Assembly: GCA_002811645.1 (NCBI GenBank)
Contig: PDIP01000079.1
Span: 94,447-158,446, forward strand
Length of the DNA: 64,000 bases
Direction: 5' to 3'
DNA from: Corallochytrium limacisporum Hawaii
Lineage: Eukaryota; Protista; Pluriformea
The notes beneath the pieces are model-generated. The model had not been told where the DNA came from. It ran no database searches and was given only the letters and a program-made list of their open reading frames with translations. Position 1 is the first letter of the stretch; each line of letters starts with the position of its first letter. Both the position numbers and the translations under genes were made by a program. Below are positions 1 to 12,257 of this stretch, one piece after another.

Positions 1-1069
1 TCCTAGTGCTTCCCTACGTTACGCGAACAAGCGTTAGTGGCAATCTTCAGTGTACCCCTTCAAGTACTCGTACTCGTTCCCGCTGAGGCCATGCAAAATC
101 CCCCTTGGCACCAACCAGCTCTCAGGGGGGTTTGCTTTATCGCTAACCCTGGGGTCGGGGATTAGCCGCACTTTCACTATGGTGAAGGGGAAGCTCAGTA
201 CTGATATAACCACCGTTAGCTCGTGCTGCAGTGAGCAGTGGCACTGTCCACTGATGCCACTTTTTCTGAACAGTTTCAGGGGAAGACCGGGGCATGTGAG
301 AGGCTTAAGGCCGAAGAGGGGGCACAGGGGTGATTATCGCATTCGTTGTGCTGATTAGTGAACAATAAATGTCATATAAAGAATACTGTGCAAAGTAAAG
401 TTCTCTTCAAAGGGACGTATAGAAACGCACAAAATATGAACATGAAACGAATATTTACCAGATCCAGTTTGCGCATATGGACCTATTTCATTGCATAACG
501 TAATATGTTTAGTATTAAATATGAGAAAAGCCTTCGTCCCTGGACCTATCAATTCGAGTAGGAAAGCCCCTTCACACCCCGCGTCCCATTCCGTGCCGTG
601 TGTTCCGTAGCCGCGCTCGTCGAAGCCTGGCCGCTGCGGGATTGGAGCGGCCCGCAGGCTCTCCATTACTGAAGTCGCTCACTTCTCGCTGGCGCGCGCT
701 CTCTCGGTCGGCCCTCTTACCCCCCCTCTCTCTGTGTCTCTGACCAGCTGCCTTGGTCTCTCCCGAGCCAGGCAGGCCGAAGGCAACTCACTACTCACTG
801 GCCTACCCCCTCGCTCTCCAATCCTGCAGACCCCCTCCTCGCCTTTGTGTCTCTCTCCCGGAAAGTTGGGAGTGCAGCGCAACCTTCAACCTCCAACTCT
901 CTCTATCTCTCCCCCCCCCCTCCCCGCGTGTGCGGCTGGGACGTCGTCCCAAGGCCCGGTTAGGGAGGCCCTCGCCTACCCGACTTGGGCGATTCTTTTT
1001 GGTCTTGGCCTACACTTTTGTTCCCGAAGCCCCACCCGGGAAGGGGAGCGAGGTGGGACCCCGCCACTT

Positions 1070-1103
1070 CCCCCCCCCCCCCCCCCCCCCGGGGGGGGGG
1101 GGG
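1070..1103. repeat. C21-G13 homopolymer palindrome (hairpin/G4-capable)
   Basis: C run at 1070-1090 directly abutting a G run at 1091-1103. Confidence 0.9.
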
Positions 1104-1340
1104 CCGGTGGGGGGCCTTGCGTGCTGTTTCTTCTTGAGGGGTTGCCTATTGAAGAACTTTGGTGAACCGCGGGGCAAACCACCAGCGCCCATACCTGAGC
1201 AATGTCCCCAAGAGAAGATGGTAATGTGGATGGGCTCTGTCGCTAACCCATGTATAACTTTTAGGAATGTTTCTATTGGGTTGTTTCATTTTGGGGCCGC
1301 TTGCCCGCAGCGAACACAACTGTGCTCCATCGATGAGCTC

Positions 1341-2003
1341 TTAATCCGAAATCTCACCCTCTTCCACATCCCCGTTACCGGCCGCAGCAGAGGCATCGTA
1401 CAGAACACTTTGCACAACCTCCAAGTCGTGAGGATAGTATGGAATCCGGACGCCTCCCTGAAGAGGAACATCGACCTCATCTTCCGTGGGCGGCCTCGTC
1501 GCGTGCACGGAGTAGGCCGCTTGTCGCATGACATCGTCAATGTTCACAGCGTTCTTGTGGCTTCGCTGCATGACAGCCAACCGTACCTTGGCCTCTACCA
1601 GCGATTCGCCGAGTCTGAACTCGGCTTTGCTCAGCAGTTCGGCCATGGCATTCAGTTTATCATCCTGATCTTTGACATACTGTGACAACCGGGTCATTCT
1701 TGCGTACTGCTCAGTATGCAGATCGGCCATTTTCGAAATTTCTTGCAGCCTCTTCTCTTCTTCAACTACTTTCTCAGTGAGTTCCCTCAGTTGTGTGTCC
1801 GACATATTGGTACTTCCCAAGTCAAGATCGTTGGCCCTGCTGTCTTTGTTTGTTGAGGCCGCAATGGCTTGCAGCAACTGGTGAACATGCATTCTGTAGT
1901 TGGCCAGGGACTGTTCCAGCGCGACCCGCGGCGGAATGTCACCATTTTTCAGGCCCACAATGAGGGCGTCTATAGTACCCTTGCCTTCCGTATTAGATTC
2001 CAT
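1341..2003 (-). CDS. MED4: Mediator complex subunit 4-like
   Basis: Coiled-coil body (LRELTEKVVEEEKRLQEI...DQDDKLNAMAELLSKAEFRL) followed by VNIDDVMRQAAYS and a Pro-rich YYPHDLEV...SVL tail, as in Med4. Start taken at MESNTE (2003); an upstream ATG at 2051 is possible. Confidence 0.7.
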   Translation of the reverse strand: MESNTEGKGTIDALIVGLKNGDIPPRVALEQSLANYRMHVHQLLQAIAASTNKDSRANDLDLGSTNMSDTQLRELTEKVVEEEKRLQEISKMADLHTEQYARMTRLSQYVKDQDDKLNAMAELLSKAEFRLGESLVEAKVRLAVMQRSHKNAVNIDDVMRQAAYSVHATRPPTEDEVDVPLQGGVRIPYYPHDLEVVQSVLYDASAAAGNGDVEEGEISD

Positions 2004-2638
2004 GGTTCTCTGTGCGCTTAGTTGTGTGAAAATGAAGAACTCCTTTGCCATATACAAAGCTACATCACCTATTGTATTTCACCGTTTTCTTATGATTGAC
2101 TTATGACATCTATTTCACAGACCGGATACTTATTTTCCGCGAATACAGTTCCGGCATGAATATTCATATCACACATACTCTCATATACTGAATCGAATTG
2201 ATAGCGCCATAGCCATACGAAATACCCCACATAGACTCTATGGTCTGACAACTACGGCGGACACGGGTGCTACAGTGGTTCCCGTGCTGTGGCACAGGTG
2301 AACAAGCAGCGCAGACGACGATGAAGGAGGGGGGACCTAGTGTGCTTGCGGAGGTGGCGAGTTACGCGCCTCCCCAAACCCCTTTCACCAAGGCTGTCAC
2401 AGACCGACCAGTGGGGGGAGTCCAAACGGGAATGAACCTGTACCCAACAGCAGTAGCATTGTGTCCGCATCAACAGTATAAGTGCAAGTTACGATCAAGA
2501 GGCAATTTCTCACCTCAGTGAAAGATAGGTTTATACACGAAGAGGCCTCTGGTATGTAAGGAAAATGCGTTTGATCAGTCTGAAACCGGCAGTCTGACGT
2601 CGCTCTGTGTTCACGTAACCGAGCACAACGCCAAAAAT

Positions 2639-3367
2639 ATGGACTTTGACATTAATCTGGACAGTGAGGAAGTTGACATTCTCACTATAGCATACAATGC
2701 CACCGGATCAAAGACCAGGCTGAATGTAGGTCCTTTGCGTGCGGAACCTACTGAGATACAGAAGTTTGTGGTCGAAAGAGACTGTGTAGGGCACAGACAC
2801 CAGAAAAGAACGGGCACCTTTCCAGAGAGCAATCCAGGCAGTGCGTACAGCGCCCCTTTTTCCTTTGCCGATCAAGGAAACATAAGCAATGGGCCGTCCA
2901 AAAAGCCAAACACCCATGTAGCCAACTCGGATTCCCGCTATTCCACGTCGAAGCACGAAAACCTAGTGAGAGGGCGAGCACCTGTGATAGAACAAGGTAT
3001 CGCTCGTGCTGTTCACAGCAAACAGCTTCAAGATCTGGCGAGAGAGAAGGTACCATCCCCTCAAGAACTTTTGGGGCGGATCAAGTTTCTGTCAGACGGA
3101 TTCTCGACAGGTTTTGCCAACCCAGGTGCGGAAGTCGACGATTTGACCGGCTCTCATACAGACATGGATGTCAACGGAACACAAGGAAAAGAAAGTCATG
3201 CCTATCACATGGGGTGCTCTCGAAGCAGTGCTGGAGGTCATTGCCACCCAACTGCAGTGCTCTGTGACTGCCAGCGAGGTCGGACACAGAGCCATGGACG
3301 AGCAACAAAATCGCTTACAGAGTCTGATGGATGTTATCGACCAGCAAATCGCATACATTGCAAGTGA
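2639..3367 (+). CDS. Hypothetical protein; possible 5' part of a gene continued by 3168-3731
   Basis: 242-aa ATG ORF with A-rich start context (AAAAATATG). No recognisable domain. Overlaps the next ORF in the +1 frame. Confidence 0.4.
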   Translation: MDFDINLDSEEVDILTIAYNATGSKTRLNVGPLRAEPTEIQKFVVERDCVGHRHQKRTGTFPESNPGSAYSAPFSFADQGNISNGPSKKPNTHVANSDSRYSTSKHENLVRGRAPVIEQGIARAVHSKQLQDLAREKVPSPQELLGRIKFLSDGFSTGFANPGAEVDDLTGSHTDMDVNGTQGKESHAYHMGCSRSSAGGHCHPTAVLCDCQRGRTQSHGRATKSLTESDGCYRPANRIHCK

Positions 3368-3731
3368 CGAGACTGCTCGCCAAGAAGCCCTGAAACGCTT
3401 GGTTACTGTCCTTCGTGACGTTGAGTCCCATCGCAGCAGTCTTCGGCTGTACAACCGTACCCTCGAAGGATTCAGGTCTACCATTGTCGACAGCCAGATT
3501 CTGGCGCACTACAGAGCACTCGGTCGAGAAGGATCGGGAATTTTGGAGATTCGGGACTATGAGCCAAACACAGCCAGGAGCGGTCACTCCCAAGAGACTA
3601 ATTTGGCGAGTGGTCAGATGTCCACAGCTTCTTCAGAACTAAATGATCATTATCTGGCCAACATGAATGATGCTAATGTGATCAGACAGCAGCAGAGACT
3701 CTTGCAACAGATCCGGGTTATGCAGGACTGA
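3168..3731 (+). CDS. Hypothetical coiled-coil protein (weak resemblance to the N-terminal part of a syntaxin-8-type SNARE)
   Basis: 187-aa helical, heptad-rich ORF ending IRQQQRLLQQIRVMQD. AATAAA motifs about 85 nt downstream. Confidence 0.55.
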   Translation: MSTEHKEKKVMPITWGALEAVLEVIATQLQCSVTASEVGHRAMDEQQNRLQSLMDVIDQQIAYIASDETARQEALKRLVTVLRDVESHRSSLRLYNRTLEGFRSTIVDSQILAHYRALGREGSGILEIRDYEPNTARSGHSQETNLASGQMSTASSELNDHYLANMNDANVIRQQQRLLQQIRVMQD

Positions 3732-3917
3732 CACAGCAAACCAACGGCACAACATAAACAGTAGTATTTCTCTTTTGGGATTCGACACGAACCAACTTAA
3801 CTTCCATTTAATTCAATAAATAAAGCGTGATGAAGGTGCCCCCGGGCATCCGTACCTTTTCCCGCGGTTGCCTTAAGAACAAACCCCGACAAAAAGACCC
3901 CCGGGGGTTTACTGAAT

Positions 3918-5216
<1,299 letters not shown>

Positions 5217-8200
5217 TTAAATATCTTTACAAGAGTCTGTCTTGGCACTAACCGACGAACTGAACGAGCAAGAAACTTCGTATGTTTGTTGTGACCGCTC
5301 TGCTCTGCTCCCTGGGGAGCCACCGCCCCGGAAAGTTCTCCCCCTTTGTTGTTCCAAGGCGAAAACAGTACGTCGCACCAAGTCCCTCTCTTTTTTTTTT
5401 TCCAGTCTTAATCCACTGCCCGTGCATTAGAAAGAATGCGAAAGAAACTGATCATGTCATGTCAAAATGGTTCGCGGCTCTCCTGTGGCCAATGTTTCTA
5501 GTATATGACGATAAAAGTAAGGCATACTGACACTGGTCGTGATCGAACCGTGAGCGTTTGTATAGGCTCTCTATCGGCTTTTCTTACCATTGTCCTCGAT
5601 TTCGTGTTTGTTCGAGAGCCCCACCCCCCTCTCCCACAAACTCTGGTGCCCCGGTACGGTAGCTGGCGCAGATAAGTGTCCTCCGGAACCCCCCCCCCCT
5701 CCGACCAACTTTTTTCGGTGTCCCCACGTCGTTATCTCTTTCCGTACGTTCACTACAGAAGCCGCCCTGCAGCGCGCAGTGCCCCGTCACGACCAACTAT
5801 TACACCAACCGTGCCAAAACGGCGGATGGAGAGACCCTCTGTGGTAGGGTCCATTGGGCAAGAAAAGCCCTCTCACACTTTCTTGCGGCTGCAAAGGGAA
5901 GACGCGAGGATTAGTCCCGGAAGTGGTTCATCTGAATACCTTTCAAATCGATTATTTCAACATTGGAATAGTGAATATATTGATATTTTAAGCACTCCAC
6001 CGCGAATTGGATGCCATGGGTGCGGGCACGAGGGAGAGCCAAGTGCACCAAGACCCTTCCGTAAGCAAGACGGACCAGCACAAGACCGAGGGGTACCGAC
6101 TAATACCTTCGCGCTTTTCCTTCCGGAAAAAAACCCATACCAGGGACATAGGAGCGGAGGAGTCAATCCCTACTCAACGTTCACTCTACGACTCGTCTAC
6201 AAATACTACTGGTTCATGCGCAAAGCTACGCCAACAACTCCCGCCCCCCTTTTTAACCCCTTCTCCCCAAACCCACCAAGTATCCCCACTATGGAAAATG
6301 CTGACGAATGAGATTAGGCGCACTTGGCGGGGTCGGATGGGGCCTCTTTTGGACAAGAGTGGCATACACTTCTGATGGAGAGTGATGACTCCTGGACTGC
6401 CGCTCCGTACATTCTACACTAACGAAAACGGGACACCACACCTACAAGAAGGAAAGGAGACTGGACATGGAGCTTGGCCCATTGGGGCGGGGCCCCCGGA
6501 AGGAAGTGGGGGGTGGGGGGTAGACGACTTTTTCTAGAACAATAGCACAGGGTAAGGAAGTCTCATAAAGAACCAATACCTTTTTCCACGACCGGACAAG
6601 GCAAAACAGCTCCATTTTGCTATTTAATGTTTAGCCTACAAAGTGAAATATCGGAGGCTCGTGCATAGTACATTGCGAAATCGGAACTGGCCCATTCAGA
6701 GCACGCCCAAACTCATACTTTTCTCTGCGTCAGGCTATCAGTCATCCATCATCAGCAGGCAGAAAGCTTCTGTGATCGTAATATGGGTACACTGAGAATG
6801 AATCTGACGATTTTAGTTAGAAACATTCGCTGGCTGAGCCGAACGGTAGGGACGGAGCACGGGACCGGGGCTTTGTTTGATGAAATAGTTAAAAACGGGT
6901 GTGGAAAAAGAGAGGGGGAGCGAAAACAGATCCTCTGGGATCGACACTTGCGCAAAGCTCAGGGTAGGAGGGGACATTGCAAAGTTTGGAGTTTTGTCAT
7001 AATGAGAGTGAGAAAGGGATAAAGAATACTTAGGGATATTTAGTAGCGGTGATGCGGGATTAGAAAACTTGGATTGTGGGACACCACGGGAACTATGCAG
7101 TTCACTGTGTACTTACAATGCCAAGAAAATTCGGTGATTTTTTGCATCTCTCCAAACTGGCACCCGGTAGGCGTAATGGGAGAGGCAACTCCAGACTCAC
7201 CAACCCAACACAGAACAAAGTTCTTGGGTCACCTCTGCTACACCTTCCCGGTTGGACGGACCCACTCATTTAGTACTGAATATGGGGCATGGTACAGACT
7301 GAACGGATGATACCCCCTCCCTGTAGTCGGGAAAGAAAGGAAATACCCCTCGGCTTCGGGCTTCGGGCTCCTGGCGATGCCAGAGCCACTAGCGGACCGA
7401 AGCAGGGTGTATATGGCTCCATCCGCAAAATCCCGGACTTGAACGCGTGAAAACGCGGAGCCGCGCTTCTTTCCAAGAGAGTCAAGAAGAAAGATAGTCT
7501 CAGGTGTGTGCGGTCCATTGAGTACGCACCCCTGCTCTTCGTGATTGTGGATGGCCTGATTGGCATTTTTGGGACGCGATGGCACGGATTTGTCGACGCA
7601 CAAAGATGCGCTCGCTGTGGGCGACACGGTTCTTGGCTGGCCTATTGCACGTCGTGAACGAACCTTGACGAGCCAGTCCGCGGCTGCTAAGCAAAGGAAG
7701 CAATGGCCGAGGAGAAGATAGCATGAAACCCTAGTGAATTCATAGGTAGTCTGGGTTCATTGGCTGTAAAGCGGAGTCCTTTTTATATAGTTCAGACTCG
7801 ATTTGGCGCCAAATATCTCCAGCTGCTGGGTGCCAAACATGGCTGCGAAAGCCATTGTGATCTGCGCATGAGCGTGCTCGTAGATTTGCGCCACGACTTG
7901 GTAATCGTCATGGACAACTTTGGTCCTGAATATTGGTCCTGAATACCTGACAGTATCCGAGCTGGATGTCGATCTCTCCATGGTCCGACAGGGTCTGGGA
8001 TCGGAATGATCGCTGTCTTCGTACCATAGTTGGAGACGGAATCGCTAGGATGTTCCTGCCTTGGATGATGCCCATCGACCATGACGGGGATGTGCTCCAA
8101 AGATCTTCCTGTTCTTCGCCTGCAGTCCTCGACACTTCCCCATGAGCATAGTCTGCCGGTCGTGTACTTACCACCACGTTCCCGGTCCCCGAATGTACTA

Positions 8201-9708
8201 GTCCCCCTAAACCGTGATTTAATGGACCCCCGTCAGCTCCCCACCCGGCCTTAAACTCTGTTGCGTAAAAGGCCACGAGCGTGACCCAACCAAATGACAA
8301 GTGGTAGTACCACTGCGGGGTCACAGGACCCTTGGTACATTCACTACGCTCTTTCCCGGCTCCAAGGTCGTCAGCTGAACCCTTTCTGTCCGCTGCCTGA
8401 TCCGTGGTCCGGAAGTGGAGCGCGTAGCGCAAAGATCAGAAGGTGTGCAACGACGGAGGTTAAGCAGAGATTTTTTTTTTCTTTTCTGCGGGGCCAAATC
8501 CATATATTTTCTTCCTCCTCGCACCACTGCCAGCTCGTCATTCTTACCGTATCGAGACCGACACTGTACCCACCTCCCGCGGAGGTCTTCCGATAGTGCA
8601 TGATTGTACCGATATTCTAATACTGCCTGGCTCAATGACCTCACAAGAATCTCTTCGAGGAGTGACTAGCAGCGGTCAACAATCCGTGGTCCTTATTTTC
8701 ATAGTAGATTTGTTGGATCTGCGCCACCCACTTGAGTTGTTTTGTCATTTGCAGATAATCACATCCCGCACCCGTGTGTCCCTTATTACCGGAAGCAAGA
8801 GTATGAACCATTTGTGCGCAACAGGACGTATTCAGGGGTCGAGGATGACTGAGTTGGGAACTGTTGTCTCAACCATAGCGGCTCCACGACTGATGAGATT
8901 TCCAACTAGATGCGCAGTACTAAACAAACTGCTTATAATTAACGACTGGCTCGTAGGCCACGCATGCGGGACATTACGAAAGCATCGGACCGGCCGCCCG
9001 CCTGGCATTCAAAGGTCAACAAATCGACGGAGAAGGGGAGGCGGGTTCTATTCGTCACATTTTCTCCCTCGGTTGGACTATCCATAGTCAATGTAATGGT
9101 CATGTGGGCGGTGCCACACCAATCACACACCGGGAGCGACACATCTACCGCCGCTCCTGCCGTTCGACGGGCGGTTTCCTTCGCTTTCGCTCGCGGGAGT
9201 GGTATGTCCCCGAAACCAAGTCTCGGGGCCTGACCGCAGTACACATTGGCAGAAATGGGACGAGGAAAAGAAAAGCCAGGGAAGAAAGGAAGGGGAGGCG
9301 TGCGCCGGTACCCTCTCTCCGGAGCTTGGCACGGGTCTCCAATCAGTCGGAAAACGGGAAAATCGAAAGTGACTGTCCAACGCTTTTCCATTTCGTTTGT
9401 AGGTTAGATTGCGTAGTGGTGTAGATGTGTTCACATCAAGGTATTTTGTGGGTATGGTATTACTTTTCCAATGGCAAGTTCTCAATAGAGTCATCTGTCG
9501 AAATGCAGACATAGCAGTGTCTCATGTAATACGTGTACACGTAGCAGGACATAAACAACAGTCTTGTTGACCAATCTGTGAGCCAGTGCGCTTTCATTCA
9601 GGTCCGTGCACACAGTGATTTGTCGAAAACGATACATTTGTTAATTTTGTACGAGGGAGGCCTTCGGGCGTAAATATTTTCAAGATAGCACCAAAAACTC
9701 TTGCTCAA

Positions 9709-10746
9709 ATGACCATGGGCGGGTCTCAAGAAAAAGAGACCACAATCTGGCAACAGATTCAATCCCATGAACAGTCTCGTCGGATCTTCTGGTATCTTAT
9801 GGTAACTTGCTCATTTGCATTCGTAGAATTCTTCTTTGGCTGGTACACAAACTCTCTCAGTCTGATTTCAGACAGTTTCCATATGGCGTTTGACAGCACT
9901 GCTCTGATCATTGGTTTGGCGGCCACGCTGGTGAGCTTTTGGCCAGCTGACGAACGCTACAACTTCGGATACGGACGCAGTGAAGCTGTTGGATCGCTTA
10001 TCATCGCCTTATCGCTGGCTGTCTCAGGGTTGATGGTCCTGCAGGAGGGTATTCAGCGCCTGTACATCATGCCTGAGATTGACACGAAAGGCCTATTGTT
10101 GGTGAGCACTTTGGGCTTTCTGGTAAATCTTCTTGGTATATTCATGCTGGGTGATGCGGATGAACTATCAGTAGTGCACAAGCTTGAAGCTCTTGCGGAG
10201 AAATCGGAGGAAATGTTGAGTAGCAGCAGCCAGAACGGCGTGGGTAAGAAAGCCGATCTCGACAACGAGGTTGCCCCGAAGGCGAAGAATACGCTCATGA
10301 ATGGAGTGATGTTGCATGTCGTGATGGATACGTTGGGATCACTGGGTGTTATGTTTAGCACATTCATGATTAAGAGGTACGGGTATCTTTGGGTGGATCC
10401 AATTTGTGCAATTGGTGTGGCCATTCTCATCCTCACCTCTGTGTACCCGCTTCTGCGTGATACCTTTGAGGTGCTTATGGAAGGTGTTCCATGGTCGGTC
10501 AAGCCTGCCGTCGACGCTTGTCGTCGAGATATCCAGGCCATGCCCGCAGTGCGCTCAGTAGTCGACTACAAAGCCTGGGCTGTGGACTATGCAACTTTCA
10601 ATTGCAATGTCCGCATCGAGGTTGGTTCAGAACGGGCTGCCCAGCACAATGACATTGTGGCGGCTGTACAGAAGCGAGCCCTTGGGCACGGACTGAAGAA
10701 CTGCTTCGTCGAAGTTCTCTATGTCGATGGAATACTAGTAGGCTAG
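9709..10746 (+). CDS. Cation diffusion facilitator (ZnT7/Msc2-like zinc transporter)
   Basis: SLSLISDSFHMAFD (TM2) and LHVVMDTLGS (TM5) HxxxD motifs, YNFGYGR, DPICAI, six TM segments plus a C-terminal domain. Confidence 0.92.
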   Translation: MTMGGSQEKETTIWQQIQSHEQSRRIFWYLMVTCSFAFVEFFFGWYTNSLSLISDSFHMAFDSTALIIGLAATLVSFWPADERYNFGYGRSEAVGSLIIALSLAVSGLMVLQEGIQRLYIMPEIDTKGLLLVSTLGFLVNLLGIFMLGDADELSVVHKLEALAEKSEEMLSSSSQNGVGKKADLDNEVAPKAKNTLMNGVMLHVVMDTLGSLGVMFSTFMIKRYGYLWVDPICAIGVAILILTSVYPLLRDTFEVLMEGVPWSVKPAVDACRRDIQAMPAVRSVVDYKAWAVDYATFNCNVRIEVGSERAAQHNDIVAAVQKRALGHGLKNCFVEVLYVDGILVG

Positions 10747-10880
10747 ATATTCCACTACCATCACAATAACGTTCGACATACCTACATATCCTTAATCATC
10801 ATCTCTGTTCGATTTAAAGAATTATCTTGCTCACAGTATCACGTACAAAACAATAAAAAGACAGAAACTACAGAAGGCAC

Positions 10881-11648
10881 TCAACTTGAATTTTCTTTAC
10901 TCGATGGCTGTGTTAGGTATTCCTTCCTAACAAGGTCTCTGCTCCGCAGATCCGCCTGACGGATGGGCTCCGGAATGCGAAAGTTCAGACCACAGTCCTT
11001 GACCAAAGTTGTGGCCGTCTCGAGAGTGACGCCATGGCCCACCGAGACGAAGACAGGCTTCGACGTGGCACCGCCACGAAGCACCGCTGTAGCCATAGGC
11101 TGGCCACTGCTCTGCCCGCTTATGGTCATAGTGTCACCGGCCTTGTGCAAATTCTTGGCTGACATGGTCCGGACATCATCCAAAGTGACACCATCTACAA
11201 GAAGCCAATTTTTTGAAACACCAACGGTCGGGATGATCCGTCCTTCCAACGAGTCCGCCACTGCAGTCCCAATGTGACAGGCCGCTCCACAACCCCTCGG
11301 ATGCAGCCTGCCGTTACCATCGACAAGGATTAGGGAAGGCATGTATTGGGGAAAGTCCCGGATGAGTAACAGAAGCTGCTGAGTCAGGGCCGGAGCTTCG
11401 CGGAACCCGAGATAGCTGGCAATGTACGGTTCTGTGAGTGTGACCCACTCGTATCGTTCTGCTACGACCTCCATAGTATCCCAGCGGCAGATCACTGCCA
11501 TGGCCAGGGCTTTGTTGTCATTTCCTTTAATAAAACTGATATCCAAGCCGGCCACGAAACGTGGCGGGTTGGATTTCAGGTCAGTGACATCTCCTTCCAC
11601 GATCTTCTGACGAATTGCATCCTCAGAATTCTGCCACCGTTCTTCCAT
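10881..11648 (-). CDS. ENDOV: Endonuclease V
   Basis: VAGLDISF, wedge PYIA, LGFRE, LVDGNGRLHPRGCGAACHIG, KPVFVSVGHG, RIPEPIRQADL. Confidence 0.97.
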   Translation of the reverse strand: MEERWQNSEDAIRQKIVEGDVTDLKSNPPRFVAGLDISFIKGNDNKALAMAVICRWDTMEVVAERYEWVTLTEPYIASYLGFREAPALTQQLLLLIRDFPQYMPSLILVDGNGRLHPRGCGAACHIGTAVADSLEGRIIPTVGVSKNWLLVDGVTLDDVRTMSAKNLHKAGDTMTISGQSSGQPMATAVLRGGATSKPVFVSVGHGVTLETATTLVKDCGLNFRIPEPIRQADLRSRDLVRKEYLTQPSSKENSS

Positions 11649-12257
11649 TACGGTGTCCTAGCCAGTGGAGCCTACTATTGTGTGGTGATCAATGACCATC
11701 GAGCTTACGAGACTTCAGTGTTTTAAGAAGCTTGGGCTTCAACAGAAGGAAGCTATTTGGGCAAGGTTTAAGCTTAGCGAAGGAGTCGACGCAGAATCTC
11801 CCACCCGCCGTCGAGCCGTTATCGGTGCTAAGCAGGACAGAAAAATAGACTCCGGTTTCCCTACGGTAGCGCCCACTAAGCTTTGACGAGCCTCTCCCCA
11901 CCACGCGACCCTGTTCGATTGCTGGAGTGCCCAGGCCCTCGGATGATTGGGCTTGTGGCCAATGGTCTGGTTTGGTTGAACGAATTTCCAGAGACTGGTG
12001 TGCAAGCAAGCTTATAGCCAGTTGGTCAGTATATTTCTTTTCCTTTCATCTCCTGGGTCAAGCCTATTGTCGAATGAGTAGTAAAGGTATGTAGGCCATA
12101 AGAGCTTACAATTGAAAGCCCTGGCAAAGAGACAGCACTAGTCTCCGCGACCGTTCATTCATTAGATCTCCGGCATCACTCGGGAAACGGCAGCAAACAA
12201 TATAAATAAGAAGGGGCCCTGTATGAGATCGATCCGAAACGGGAAACCTGCAAAAAT

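Noticed and set aside
120-310. CTAACCCT (telomerase-template-like) near 143-150, plus a hairpin at 260-285 and a GGAAGCTCAG resembling RNase P CR-I
   Set aside because: An 8-mer match is expected by chance. I could not build a telomerase pseudoknot or a complementary P4 strand, and the window truncates the context.
753-1685. 310-aa plus-strand ORF
   Set aside because: Antisense shadow of Med4 joined to translated homopolymer tracts (poly-Pro/Gly); no domain.
5530-5560. GGTTCGATC T-loop-like motif on the minus strand
   Set aside because: No T-stem pairing or cloverleaf. I found no tRNA, rRNA or spliceosomal snRNA anywhere in the window by eye.
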